From assembly GCF_009914755.1 (NCBI RefSeq), contig NC_060948.1: DNA of 64,000 bases. The stretch is one strand, 5' to 3'. The stretch comes from the human T2T-CHM13v2.0 reference genome, Homo sapiens. Below the pieces are notes generated by a model. That model was not told the origin of the DNA, made no database searches, and saw nothing but the letters and a program-made list of their open reading frames with translations. The position numbers and the translations under genes are program-made. Below, piece by piece: positions 1 through 12,980 of this stretch. Within the stretch, counting starts at the first letter, position 1. Every line of letters begins with the position of its first letter.

Positions 1-828
1 ACCTTTTTTATGACTGCATAGTATTCCATGGTATATATGTACCACATTTTCTTTACCCAGTTTATCATTGATGGGCATTTAGGTTGATTTCATGTCTTTG
101 CTATTGTAGTGAACATATGTGTACACATGTCTTTATAATAGAATGATTTATATTCCTTTTGGTATATACTTAGTAATGGGATTTCTGTGTCGAATGGTAT
201 TTCTGTCTTTAGGTCTTTGAGGAATCACCACACTGTCTGCTGCAATGGTTGAATTAATTTACTCTCCCACCAACAGTATATAAGAATTCCTTTTTCTCCA
301 CAACCTCATCAGCATTTGTTATTTTTTGACTTTTTAAAAATAGGCACTCTGGTGTGAGATGGTATTTCACTGTGGTTTGGATTGGCATTTCTCTAATGAT
401 CAGTGATTTTGATCATTTTTTTCATGATGGTTGGCTGCATGTATGTCTTCTTTTGAAAAGTATCTGTTCATGTCCTTTGCTCACTTTTTAATAAAATTGT
501 TTGTGTGGTTTTTTTTTGTAAATTTAAGTTCCTTATACATGCTGTATATTACACCTTTGTTGGATACATAGTTGGCAAGAATTTTCTCCCATTCTGTAGG
601 TTGTCTGTTAACTCTTTGATTGTTTCTTTTGCTGTGTAAGAGCTCTTTCATTTCCTTAGATCCCAGTTGTCAATTTTTGCTTTTGTTGCAATTACTTTTG
701 ACATCTTTGTCATGCAATCTTTGCCCATGTCTATGTCCTGAATGGTATTGCCTAGGTTGTCTTCCGAGATTCTTATAGTTTTGGACTTTACATTTAAGTC
801 TTTTACCCAACTAGAGTTAATTTTTTAC
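1..828 (-). mobile_element. LINE-1 fragment (3' part of ORF2), old primate L1PA/L1PB-type; runs off the window start
   Basis: Typical antisense L1 text: gtattccatggtatatatgtaccacattttcttt...gatgggcatttaggttg; ctcccattctgtaggttgtctg; tgcccatgtctatgtcctgaatggtattgcctagg. Confidence 0.9.
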
Positions 829-2359
829 ACTTATTTAAAATTATATTTATGTATTTAGACTTAACTTTTAAAATTTATATCTTATTCTAAATTTTAATCA
901 ACTTAAAATCTGTTTTTTACTTAAAAAGAAATAGCACATACACACACATGCAGGAATTTAATATTCTTCACTTATATGTAAAAAACATTATTTGATGTTT
1001 TCCGTTTCAAGATATAACAATTTATTTTCACTTTTATGTGCATTTATATTATTATATAGGTTTTTAATTTGTGACCTAACTCTTCATTCTGGACAAAGAT
1101 AACTAGTTGCATCTTTAGATGTAAAGTTACACTCAAGTGCAATAAAGTGAGTCCTCAAAATGACAAAACAAACAAACAAAAAACAACAAAGCAGACACTG
1201 AAGTGAGGAGAAGGGAAACGTAATAGCCTATTATGCAAAAATAACTTCATTTAAGAAATCAACCAAGATTAGAGAAAAATATGAGTATCCACATGGGGAT
1301 TATATGGGTATATTGGCATCTATAATTTTAAAGATGGTTTATGAATCATTGTTTTGAATCAGATTGGAGGACCAATCTCTACTCTTTATAATGAGGCTTC
1401 TTTCTGTCCTAGCTAAGTGGGAGCTATAATTGATAGTGTATATGGCCACGAAGTGGAACAGAATGCTGTCATAGGAGTTTTCTACGTAATGTGATTAAAG
1501 CTAACATGCAGTACATCAAAAACACTGTAGTCCGTCTGACAGTCTTTAGCAGTGGGCATCTAATATTGAAGTTTGATTTACTTCAACATTTGAAAACTCT
1601 GTTACCTTAATATCTTTCAAGGACTTCAAATACTTTTTGATTTATTCCAAGCTTTCATTTTATTATTGAACTGGAACTAAAACTTCCAAAATGCAAATGA
1701 AATAAATGAAATAAAGATCATTAATGGTGCTTAATTCAGTTATCAGAATATCAGCATAGTGTGAGTTTTGCAAATTGGTTTCTCAATTCTGAATTTACAT
1801 TCTGTTTGCCATGTGTTCAACTTGAACTTACACAGGATGACTCATTTTTATAAACTTATACCATTCATATAACTTGAGGAAAAGATTTATTGCTTATCTT
1901 TATAGACAAGTAACTTGAGTATACAGTCACTCTTTAGATAATAGACATTTTACTCATTATGTTGTGGATTCAATTCTGAAGCCAGTTATTTTGCTATTAG
2001 AATTGAAATTATTCATTTTAATCACGATGATAATAGATTCACAGCCACGTATAATAAAATTGCAAAGTCTACTTGATTTGCCTTTAATTTCTTCCCTTTC
2101 TATGTTGCTCTTCTCACTTTATTGTCCATCTTGGTTACTCAAGTCTTGGGACAAAACCTCCCAGTGATCTCTCCTCACTTCTCTCAGGCCTATTTTAACT
2201 CAGTCCTCTAGAGCCTCATGGTTGATGGAGACAGTCACATGGCTGGATATATTAAAATTATCTAAGATATCTACCTTTCTGTTTTTATTAGTGCAACTAA
2301 TACCTAAAAGAGGAAGGACTGGTGGTGCAAGATGACATAGTTTCTGGAAACTATTTCTG

Positions 2360-2535
2360 TGCAGACTCCAAAAAGGGGAAGGATGGAAGGGGATTGAGGA
2401 GTGAGAAATTACCTGTTGGATACAATGTTCACTATTTAGGTTGTGGGCTCACTAAAAGCCAAAACCTCACCATAATTTTCAGCATATCCATGTAACAAAC
2501 CTGCACATGTACCTTCTGAATCTAAAATAAAATCG
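2360..2535 (+). mobile_element. Short L1 3'-UTR fragment (L1PB/L1MA-like)
   Basis: gagaaattacctgttggatacaatgttcactatttagg...catgtaacaaacctgcacatgtacc...tctaaaataaaa resembles an old L1 3' terminus. Confidence 0.75.
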
Positions 2536-3409
2536 AATAACAAAAAACCGATTTTTGGACTATATTTCATAAACCTACCAATATGGTCCATAAGAAGTTG
2601 CAAATGCTATGAATAAAATAAATTATATAAATGTAAAATCGTATCTGCTTGTATGTATTTGTTTAATCCTCATAGTATGTGTAATTCATTTCTATATACA
2701 AGTACATGCCATGGTATTTACACAATACATATGGTCAAATAGTTATGTGCTCATAAAATATTAAAAATTTTGGATGAAGAAAGAGATATTGTACTTAGTC
2801 ATTGATATTGACATTGTATTTCATAATTCCAGTGCAGTAATGCATGTGTGTTTATGTTGATAAATGCTGATCAGAATTCAGATTTACAGTAAAAAAACAG
2901 AACCGAATAAATATTCAGATTCAAAATATTGATATTATTTCAATGCTGTATTTTTCTGTGATTTATATTCTCAGAAATTGTGGTGGGAAATTGAATTTGA
3001 TATTGTGGTTCAAGGTGCATAGATTCCTCTCTTGTCAATGGTTTACATTGGTCATTAACAGTGGCAGGTTGTTGCAGAGGTGAGGAAATTACATGTTCCC
3101 AAGTGTTTCTAAAATATAAAAACCCAAAGAGTTGAATTAGGTTTTGCATCTAAGTTAAACTGAAGCTTGTGATATGATGCTTCCACAGAGCTATTAAAAG
3201 TTATTAAAATCCTGATTCTGTGTGTCTAATAAATTTTGGCTGTATGATATGAATGCATTAATTTTGTGCTTAAAAGCAAAAGGGCTGATAAAAAGTTCCA
3301 GTTAATATATAAACATAGTAGAAATTTGATACATACTTCTTGATGATACATATTGTGTGACAGAAAACCTAACTATAATAATGATACCAACTCATATTGT
3401 ACAGGACTC

Positions 3410-3525
3410 TTTCATATATTACATTATTTGATCCTCACAATCCCATCAGCTAGGAAAGGCAGACTTTATGAATTTCTATTTAAAGATGAGAAAATGGAAA
3501 TTCAAGGAGGTATTTGAGTTTTCTA
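3410..3525 (-). mobile_element. MIR SINE fragment
   Basis: atttgatcctcacaatccc...taaagatgagaaaatggaaattcaagg resembles the MIR core. Confidence 0.5.
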
Positions 3526-4444
3526 GGATTCAGACATAGGTCTAGTAATATTTTTCAGTATACCATATTGCTTCTGAGTACTCAGAATCTCATTTTCAAT
3601 TGTAACAGTTGTAAAAGGCCTGTATATGCTTACAATATGTGTGCAGAGTGTAGATATGAAGCCTCAATGGTGAGAACAACCTTACATATATCAAATGGAT
3701 TCTAAACCAAAGAAATTCCAGCAACTAAATATCCTACCTTGGTTCCTTATATTTTTAACGTGTAAAAATTCACATAAATATCACATTTGGAAAATAATGC
3801 AGATTTATATCATACCTGCATAGAAGAAAATATGGCACACTGATTTTTATGACGGGGAACAAAGCCGGGCTTTTGATCCTAGAATTACAGTCCTGTAATT
3901 TAGACCTCCTTAATGTAATAGTTTTATGATAACTCTGCAAGCCTAGGCATCACTGCTACTTAATCTTTCTGCTTACCTATTTCACAGGTATTTAATGCCC
4001 ATTTAGTCATCATTTGAAAAACTTATATATATATTAACCAAAGCTAAATTTATCTACTCTGCTTATATATGCAGCTTGACACACACAACTAATTTAATAT
4101 GTAGGTGCTTTCCTTGATCCAATTAGGTTCTTCTGTTTTATTCATAGGTATAGATTGTTGCAAGCACTAAAATTATACCCATAAAAAAAAGTTTGCATCT
4201 AAAAACAGGATTAGCTAATTGCTTGGCACTTTGAGAAAATTCCATCCACAATCTGATGAACTCCCAATTTAAAAATACAGGAAAATGATTTAAAATAAAC
4301 ATTTCTGCTTTTATTCTGTTCTGTGTGTCATAAATGTAACATAAAATAATTCCATAGGAAACGGGATGGTTTCTCTAAGTTTCAGATGACTTTATAAGTA
4401 ATTTTGTTTTATTTTGTTTCTTTCTTTGATTCCTGGGGAATTAA

Positions 4445-6655
4445 TTTTTTTGCAAACTTTTATTTTAGGTTCATGGGTACAGGTGCAGGTTTGTTATAAA
4501 GGCAAATTGCATGTTACAGGAGTTTGCTATATGAATTGTTTTGTCACTCAGGTAATAAGCATAGTACCTGACAGACAGATTTTCAATCCTCAGCCTCTGC
4601 ACACCCTCCACCCTGAAGTAGATCCTGGGGTGTCTGTTCTTCTCTTCTTTGTGTCCATGTGTACTCAATGTTTAGCTTCTACTTATAACATGCAGTATTT
4701 GGTTTTCTGTTCCTGCATAAGTTCACTTAGGATAATGACCTCCAGCTCCATTTATGTTGCTTCAAAGGACATGATCTCATTCTCTCTTATGGCTACATAG
4801 TATTCCATGGTGAATGTGTACAACATTTTCTTTACCTAGTTTAACATTGATGGGCGTTTAGGTTGGTTCCATGCCTTTGCTACTGTGAATGGTGCTATGA
4901 TGAACATACATGTGCATGAGTCCTTATGGTAGAACAATTTCTATTCCTTTGCGTATATACCCAATCATGAGATTGCTGGGTTAAATGGTAATTTTGTATT
5001 AAGTTCTTTGAGAAATCGCCAAACCACTTTCCAAAATTGTTGAATTAATTTGCATTCCCATCAGCAGTGTAAAAGTATTGCCTTTTCTCCACAACCTTGC
5101 CGGCATTTATTATTTTTTGACTTATTAATAATAGCCATTCTTACTGGCATGCAATAGTATCTCATTGTAGTTTTCATTTGCATTTCTCTAATAATTAGTG
5201 ATACTGAACATTTTTTCATATGCCTGTTGGCCACATGTATGTACACTTTTGGAAAGTATATGTTCATGTCCTTTGCCTACTTTTTAATGGGATTGTTTGA
5301 TTTTTGCTCATTAATTTGTTTAAGTACTTTGTAGATTCTGGATATAAGACCTTTGTCAGATGCATACTTTGAAAATATTTTCTCCCATACTGTAGGTTGT
5401 CTGTTTATTCTGTTGATAGTTTCTTTTTGCTGTGTAGAAGCTCTTGAGTTTAATTAGCTCTCATGTGTCAACTTTTGATTTATTTCATTTCCTGTTGGCG
5501 AATTGTAATAAAATCTTTGCCAGAGCCTATGTGCAGAATTGTATTGCCTCAATTGTCTTCCAGAGTTTTCATATGTTAGGTGTTACATTTAAGTCTTTAA
5601 TTCATCTTAAGTAGATTTTTATATATGGTGAGAGGAATGGGTCCAGTTCCGGCACCATTTATTGAATAGGGAGTCCTTTCTCCATTGCTTGTTTTTGTCA
5701 ATTTCTGGAAGATCAAGTTATTGTAGGTGTGTTGCGTTATCTGGGGGCTCTGTCTTCTGTTCCATTGGTCAGTGAGTCTTTTTTGATGCCAGTACCATGA
5801 TGTTTTAGTTACTGTAGCCATATAGTATAGTTTGAGGTTGAGTAATGTGATGCCTCCAACTTTGTTTTTTTTACTTAGGATTGCCTTGGCTATTTGGGTT
5901 GATTTTTTTGTTTGTTTGTTTGTTTTTTGGTTTCATATAAATTTAAAGATAGCATCTTCTAATTTGCTGAAGAATGTCATTGGTAGTTTGATAGGAATAG
6001 CACTGAATCTGTAAATTGCTTTGGGCAGTATGGCCATTTAACAATATTCATCCTTCTTATCCATGAGCATGGAATGTTTTTGCATTTGTTTGTGTCATCT
6101 CTGATTTCTTTGAGCAGTGTTTTGTAATTCTCATAGTAGAGATATTTCATTTCTCTGGTTAGTTCTATTCCTAGGTATTTCATTCTTTTTATGCCTATTA
6201 TAAATAGGATTGTGTTCTTGATATGGCTCTTGGTTTGGATGTTGTTGGTGTATAGAAATACTACTGACTTTTGGACATGATTTTTGTATTATGAAATTTT
6301 GCTGAAGTTGTTTATCAGATCTAGGAGCTTTGGGGCAAAGACTATGGGGCTTCCTAGGTATAGAATGATATCACCTACAAACAGAGATAGTTTGACTTCC
6401 TCTCTTTTTATTAAGATGCCTTTTATCTTTTATTTATTTCTATTGTCTGATTTTTCTTCCTAGGACTTCCAGTACTATGTTCATTAGGAGTATTAGAGTG
6501 GTCATCTTTGTCTTGTTTCTGTTCTGAAGAGGAATGCTTCTAGCTTTTGCTCATTCAATATGATGTTGGCTGTGGGAATGTCATAGATAGCTCTTACTAT
6601 TTTGAGGTATGCTCCTTCAGAGCCTAGTTTGTTCAGGATTTTTAACGTGAAAGGA
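4445..6655 (-). mobile_element. Old primate L1 (L1PA15/16-like): 3' UTR plus ORF2 back to the RT domain
   Basis: T-rich tail at about 4445. Minus-strand ORF fragments match L1 ORF2p: 5061-5267 (REMQMKTTMRYY), 5977-6183 ([12 protein letters not shown]), 6502-6726 (LKILNKLG...[13 protein letters not shown]). Confidence 0.9.
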
Positions 6656-7469
6656 TATGAACAGACACTTCTCAAAAGAAGACATTTATGCAGCCAACAA
6701 GCATATGAAGAAGAGCTCATCATCACTGGTCATTAGAGAAATGCAAATCAAAACCACAATGAGATACCATCTCATGCCAGTTAGAATGGCGATCCTTACA
6801 AAGTCAGAAAACAACAGATGCTGGAGAGGATGCAGAGAAATAGGAACGCTTTTACACTATTGGTGGGAGTGTAAATTAGTTCAACCATTGTGGAAGACAG
6901 TGTGGCAATTCCTCAAGGATCTAGAGCCAGAAATAACATTTAACTCAGCAATCCCATTATTGAGTATATAACCAAAGGATTATAAATCATTCTACTAAAA
7001 AGACACATGCACAAGTATGTGTGTTGCAGCACTGTTCACAATAGCAAACCCTTGGAACCAACCCAAATGCCCATCAATGATACACTGAATAAAATGTGGC
7101 ACATATATGCCATGGAATACTATGCAGCCATAAGAAAGGATGAGTTCATGTCCTTTGCAGGGACATGGATGAAGCTGGAAACCGTCATTCTCAGCAAACT
7201 AACACAAGAACAGAAAACCAAACACCGCATGTTCTCACTCATAAGTGGGAGTTGAACAATGAGAACACATGGACACAGGGAGGGGAACATCACACACCAG
7301 GCCTGTCGGTGGGTAGGGGGCTAGGGGAGGGATAGCATTAGGAGAAATACCTAATGTAGATGATGGGTTGATTGGTGCAGCAAACTACCATGGCACGTTT
7401 ATACCTATGTAACAAAGCTGCACATTCTGCATATGTATCCCAGAACTTAAAGTGTTAAAAAAAAAAAAA
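6650..7469 (+). mobile_element. 5'-truncated younger L1PA (L1PA7/8-like): ORF2 C-terminus, 3' UTR and poly(A)
   Basis: ORFs 6657-6971 and 7007-7255 match the ORF2p C-terminus (ending HRMFSLISGS*). G-rich 3' UTR, cccagaacttaaagt and an A-run at 7457-7469. Confidence 0.95.
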
Positions 7470-7509
7470 GCTATGCATTCAAAATTTTTAAAAAAATAAA
7501 AATTAAAAA

Positions 7510-8430
7510 AATTCTTAAAGTGAGTTTTTAGCTCTATCTGATCAGCTTGGTTCTTTCTTAAAACAGACATTTCATGTATCTCCTGGGTTATTTTATTGTA
7601 TTCCTTAGATTTCTTGGATTGCATTTCAAGTTTCTCCTGAATCTTGATGGTCTTCATTTATATCCACACTCTGAATTCTATTTCTGTCGTTTTAGCCATA
7701 TCAGCCTGGTTAAGAACCATTTCTGGGGAACTAGAGCAGTTATTTGGAGGTGAGAAAACACTCTGGTTTTTGAGTTGCCATAGTTCTCACACTAGTTCTT
7801 TCTCATCTGTGTTGGCTGTTTCTTCTATCTTTGGAATTGCTATCCTTTGGATGAGAATTTACTTGTTTCTTCTTTGATGCCTTTGGGGGTTTGATTGTGA
7901 TATAAGGTTGATTCAGTTGACTGGCTTTGTTTCTGGACGATTTTGGGGCACCAAGGCTCAGCTCAGCACTCTTGGGCTGTGTGCTCTAATTCTGGGAGGC
8001 AGGTATTGGGCCCCCAGCTTTGTTTTCTGGCCTCTGCAAATTAGGAATCTGCTGTGCTGGAGGGACTGAAACATTCCCTGTCTGCAGCCACAACACTCTG
8101 ATGGGTTGTACTGGCTAAAACACTTTCTTGGGGTGGTGACAGCAGAATTCATGCTTGCTCATGTGTACCAGTAGCCATGGCAGCACAGCATGTGTATTTG
8201 TATTTGTGCATGTGTATTTGCTGGGGTTGGGTACTGGTAGGAGTGGGACATTGGTGTTCTTGGGTGAACTTGTGTAGGTGGTGTGGTGGGGGTGGGGGAC
8301 TGGCAGGGGTAGGGTTGCCTGTGTCCATGCTTGCACTTGTACCAGCAGTGATGGCAGCATGGGTGGGTCACTGGTGGTTTCAAGGATGCTGCCCTCCATG
8401 CACACATTTGCATTGGCAGCAGTGATGGCC
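7510..8430 (-). mobile_element. 5' part (ORF1 N-terminus and 5' UTR) of an old L1PA15/16-like element, probably the same copy as 4445-6655
   Basis: ORF 7385-7657 begins with an L1 ORF1p-like coiled coil (KIQEKLEMQSKKSKEYNKITQE...LRKNQADQIELK). A degenerate G/T-rich 5' UTR follows on the + strand. Confidence 0.75.
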
Positions 8431-8489
8431 TCATTTTAGTTATAAACTTTTTTAAGGACATATTAACATACATTTTATTTTTTGTTCTT

Positions 8490-8800
8490 CTAAAAATCTA
8501 ACTTTATAGTTTACATACAATACAATGCACCAATTTTGATTGTACAGTTCAACATGTTCAGAAAAATGTATACACCCATGTAACTACCACCACAATCAAG
8601 GTATGGAACATTTCTATCAAATCCACACAAATGAAAAATAAATAAATAATAAATAAATAAATAAATAAATAGTTTTGTCATGTTACTATGTGGTCAGTCT
8701 TTCCTCTTCCCTGTTCCAGGCAACTACTACTTTGTTTTCTGCCATGACATGATAGGTAAGTTTGCTTATTCCAGAATTTCATTTAAATGAAATCACAAGG
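8490..8800 (-). mobile_element. Ancient L1M 3'-end fragment containing an (AAAT)n run at about 8635-8670
   Basis: acatacaatacaatgcacc...tgtacagttc...cacccatgtaactaccaccacaatcaag...ccaggcaactact...ccagaatttcat. Confidence 0.65.
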
Positions 8801-8868
8801 TAATTATAGATTTATGATTTTATTATAATTGAGAAACTTATTAGTTCTAAATTGGACAGTGCAATAAA

Positions 8869-9284
8869 TTTTTTGTTGTTTTTTGTTTTTCTCCCCGGGA
8901 GAGGCAGTTTAATGAGCTCGGGGCCAATACAAAAGATCAAATTTCTCTCCATGGGGAAATGCAGGAACCCACAGAACACTACGCTTGCTGGGAAAGCGGG
9001 TAGCTTCTCATTTAGTTGCAGGAGGAGGAGATAGCTCCCAGGGCTTTCAGAGGAAAGCATGGCCTTCAGCATCAGGGACATTGGGGGTGCACTCCAGGAT
9101 CTGAGGGGTAAACTTCAGGAGGCTGAGGGTGGACCCAAGGAGCTGCAGGATGGATTCCAGAAGCTTACAGGTGGTCTCTGGGAGGCTGGGCATTGAACCC
9201 CATTGCCTGAGGGTGGATCCCTGGGGCTCGTGGGTATGCTCCTGGGGCCTGGGGGTAAACTACAGGGGCTGATGGATGCACACC
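8869..9284 (-). pseudogene. SF3A2: 5'-truncated processed pseudogene (retrocopy) of the SF3A2 (SF3a66/SAP62) 3' end
   Basis: Hand translation of the minus strand: GVHPSAP VVYPQAP GAYPRAP GIHPQAM GFNAQPP RDHL*AS GIHPAAP WVHPQPP EVYPSDP GVHP. After frameshifts it reads MSLMLKAMLSSESPGS and SPPPATK* (TGA at 9010-9008). This matches the recalled SF3A2 C-terminus (GVHPPAP heptads...MPPMLRPPLPSEGPGNIPPPPPTN*). The 3' UTR is 117 nt, with ATTAAA at 8913-8908 and a decayed poly(A) at 8890-8869. Confidence 0.8.
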
Positions 9285-10943
9285 ATCCATGTTGTTGCAA
9301 ATGACTGGATGATCTCATTCTTTTTTTATGGCTGAATAGTACCCCATTGTGGATAAGTGTCACATTTTCCTTATTCATTCATCCCTTGATGGATACTTAG
9401 GTTGCTTCTAAATCTTGGCTATTGTGAATAGTGTTGCAACAAACATGGGAGTGCGGATATCACTTTGTTATACTGCGGATATCACTTTGATACACTTATA
9501 TATCCCTTTTGGATATATACCCAATAGTGAGATTGCTGGATTTTATGGTAACTTTATTTTTAGTTTTTTTGATGAACCTCCAAACTTTTCTTCATAGTAG
9601 TTGTACTAATTTACATTCCCACCAACAATGTACAAAGGTTTTCTTTTCTCCACATCCTTACCAGCATTTGTTATTGCCTGACTTTTGGATAAAACCCACT
9701 TAAATTGGGTGATGTCTCATTGTAGTTTTGATTTAAATTTCTCTGAGGATCAATGATGTTGAGCACTTTTTATATGCCTGTTTGCCATTTCTATTCAGAA
9801 ATGTCTATTCAAATCTTTTGCCCATTTTTAATTGGATTGTTAGATTTTTTTTCCTCTAGAGTTGTTTGAGCTCCTTATATATTCTGATTATGAATCTCTT
9901 GTCAGATGGATAGTTTCCAAATAGTTTCTCCCTTTCTCTGGGCTGTCTCCTCACTTAGTTGATAATATATTTTGCTGTGCAGAAGCTTTTTAACTTGATG
10001 TGATTCCATTTGTCCATTTTGCTTTGGTTGCCTGTGCTTCTGGGATATGACTGAAGAAGTTTTTGCCCAGAACAATGTCTTAGAGAGTTTCTCCAAAGTT
10101 TTCTTGTAGTACTTTCATAGTCTTAGATTTAAGTCTTTTCATTGATTTTGATTTGATATTTTTGTAAGGTGAGAGACAGAGATCAAGTTTCATTCTTCTG
10201 ACTACGAATATCCAGTTTTTCCAGCATCATCCATTGAAGAAACTGACTTTTCTCTAGTGTATGTTCTTGGTACCTTTGTCAAAAATGAATTCACTGCAGG
10301 TGTATGGATTTGTTTCTGAGTTGTCTGTGCTGTTCCATTGATCTGTGTGTCTTTTTATGCTGGTACCATGCTGTTTTGGTTATTATAGCTTCATAGTATA
10401 ATTTGAAGTCAAGTAATATGATTCCTGTAGTGTTGTTCCTTGTGATCAGGATGGGTTTGGCTATTATGAGTCACTTGTGATTCCATATACCTTTTAGAAT
10501 TATTTTTTTTTCCATTTGTGTGAAAAATGTCATTGGTATTTTGCATTGAATCTGTAAATTCCTTTGGGTAGCATGGACATTTTAACAATATTGGCTCTTG
10601 TGATTGATGAGCATGGAATATCTTGAATTTTTGTGTCCTCTTTGTTTCATCTGTGCTTCATGGTATTAATTATAAAGATCCTTCACTTCTTTGGATAAGT
10701 TAATTCCTAGGTATTTCATTTTATTTGTAGCCCTTGTAAATGGGATTACTTTTTTATTTCTTTTTCAAGTTGTTCACTGTTCGCATATAGAAATACTTCT
10801 GATTTTTTTGGCTTAATTTTGTATCCTGCAACTATACTGAATTTATTTATCAGTTCTAATTGTTATTCGGTGGCGTCTTTTGGTTTTTCCAACAGTAAGA
10901 TCGTTATCAACTGCAAAGATAAATAATTTCACTTCTTCCTTTA

Positions 10944-11268
<325 letters not shown>

Positions 11269-12632
11269 AAATTTGGATGTCCTTTATTTCCTTCTCTTTT
11301 CTGATTGCTCTAGCTAGCACTTCTCATGCTATGTTGAATAATAGTGGTGAAAGTGGGTATCCTTGTCATGTTCCAAATATAAGAAGTAAGGCTTTCAGTT
11401 TTTCCCCATTAACTATAATATTAGACTTAGGTCTGTCATTTATTGCTATTATTATGTTGAGATACGTTCCTTCTATACCTAGTTTTTGAGGGTTTTTATC
11501 AGGAAGAGGTGTTTAATTTTATCAAATGCTTTTTAGCATCAATTGAGATAACCATATGGTTTTTGTCCTTCATTCTGTCGATATGACATATCACATTGAT
11601 TTGTGTATGTGGAGTCATCTTTGCATCCTTGTGATAAATCCCACTTGGTTATGATGAATGCTCTATTTAATATATTGTCTAATTCAGTTTGTAGTATTTT
11701 ATTTAAGATTTTTGCATCAATATTCAGGAGAGATATTGGCCTGTAGTTTCCTTTTTTTGATACGTTTGTCTGGCATCTTCTTTTGGTATCAGGGTAATAC
11801 TGGCCACGTTGAATGAGTTTGGCAACAGTCCCTCTTCCTCTATTTTTTGAAAAGTTTGAGTAGAATTGGTACTAGCTCTTCTTTAAATGTCTGGTAGAAT
11901 TCAGCAGTGAAGCCAGCAGGTTTCAGGCTTTTCTTTCCTGGGAGACTTTTTCTTTAGAGCTTCGATCTTGTTACTTGTTATTGGTCTGTTCAGGTTTGGG
12001 ATTTCTTCATGATTCCATGTTGGTAGGTTGTATGTGTCTAGGAATTTATCTATTTCTTCTAGGTTTTCCAATTTAAAGGCATGTAGTTGCTCACAGTAAC
12101 CACTGATGATTCTTTGAATTTGTGGTATCCATTGTAATGTCTCCTTTTTCATCTCTGATTTTATTTATTTTTGTCTTTCCTTTTCTTAGTCGGGCTACAG
12201 ATTAGTAAATTTTGATTATATTTTCAAAGAAACCAACTTTTCGTTTCATTGATCTTCTATGTTGTTTTCCTCATTTCAAGTTCATTTAATTGTTCTGATC
12301 TTTATTAATTTCTTTTCTTCTATAATAAGTTTGTATTGAGTTTGTTCTTGCTTTTCTAGTTCTCTAAGATGCATCACTGAGTTATTTATTTGAAGGGTTT
12401 TTGTTTGTTTGTTTTTATGTAGGCATTTACAGTTATCAGTCTCCCCCTTAGTACTGCTTTTGCTGTATTCCAAAGATTTTGGTATATTGTGTTTCCATTT
12501 TCAGTTGTTTTGAGAAATTTTTAAATTTTCTTCTTAATTTCTTTATTGACCCACTGACTCACTGATCATTTAGGAACATATTGTTTAGTTTCCATGTGTT
12601 TTTATAGCTTCCACAATTCCTCTGGTTATTGA

Positions 12633-12980
<348 letters not shown>

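Noticed and set aside
4445-7469. Twin-priming inversion of a single L1
   Set aside because: Both arms have their own 3' UTR and tail, overlap in ORF2 coordinates and look like different subfamilies.
8115-8473. Pro/Thr- and Gly/Val-rich ORFs
   Set aside because: They lie in the decayed G/T-rich 5' UTR of an old L1 and reflect base composition only.
9452-9495. 22-bp tandem duplication (tgcggatatcactttg twice) in L1
   Set aside because: Real, but an ordinary local slippage duplication.
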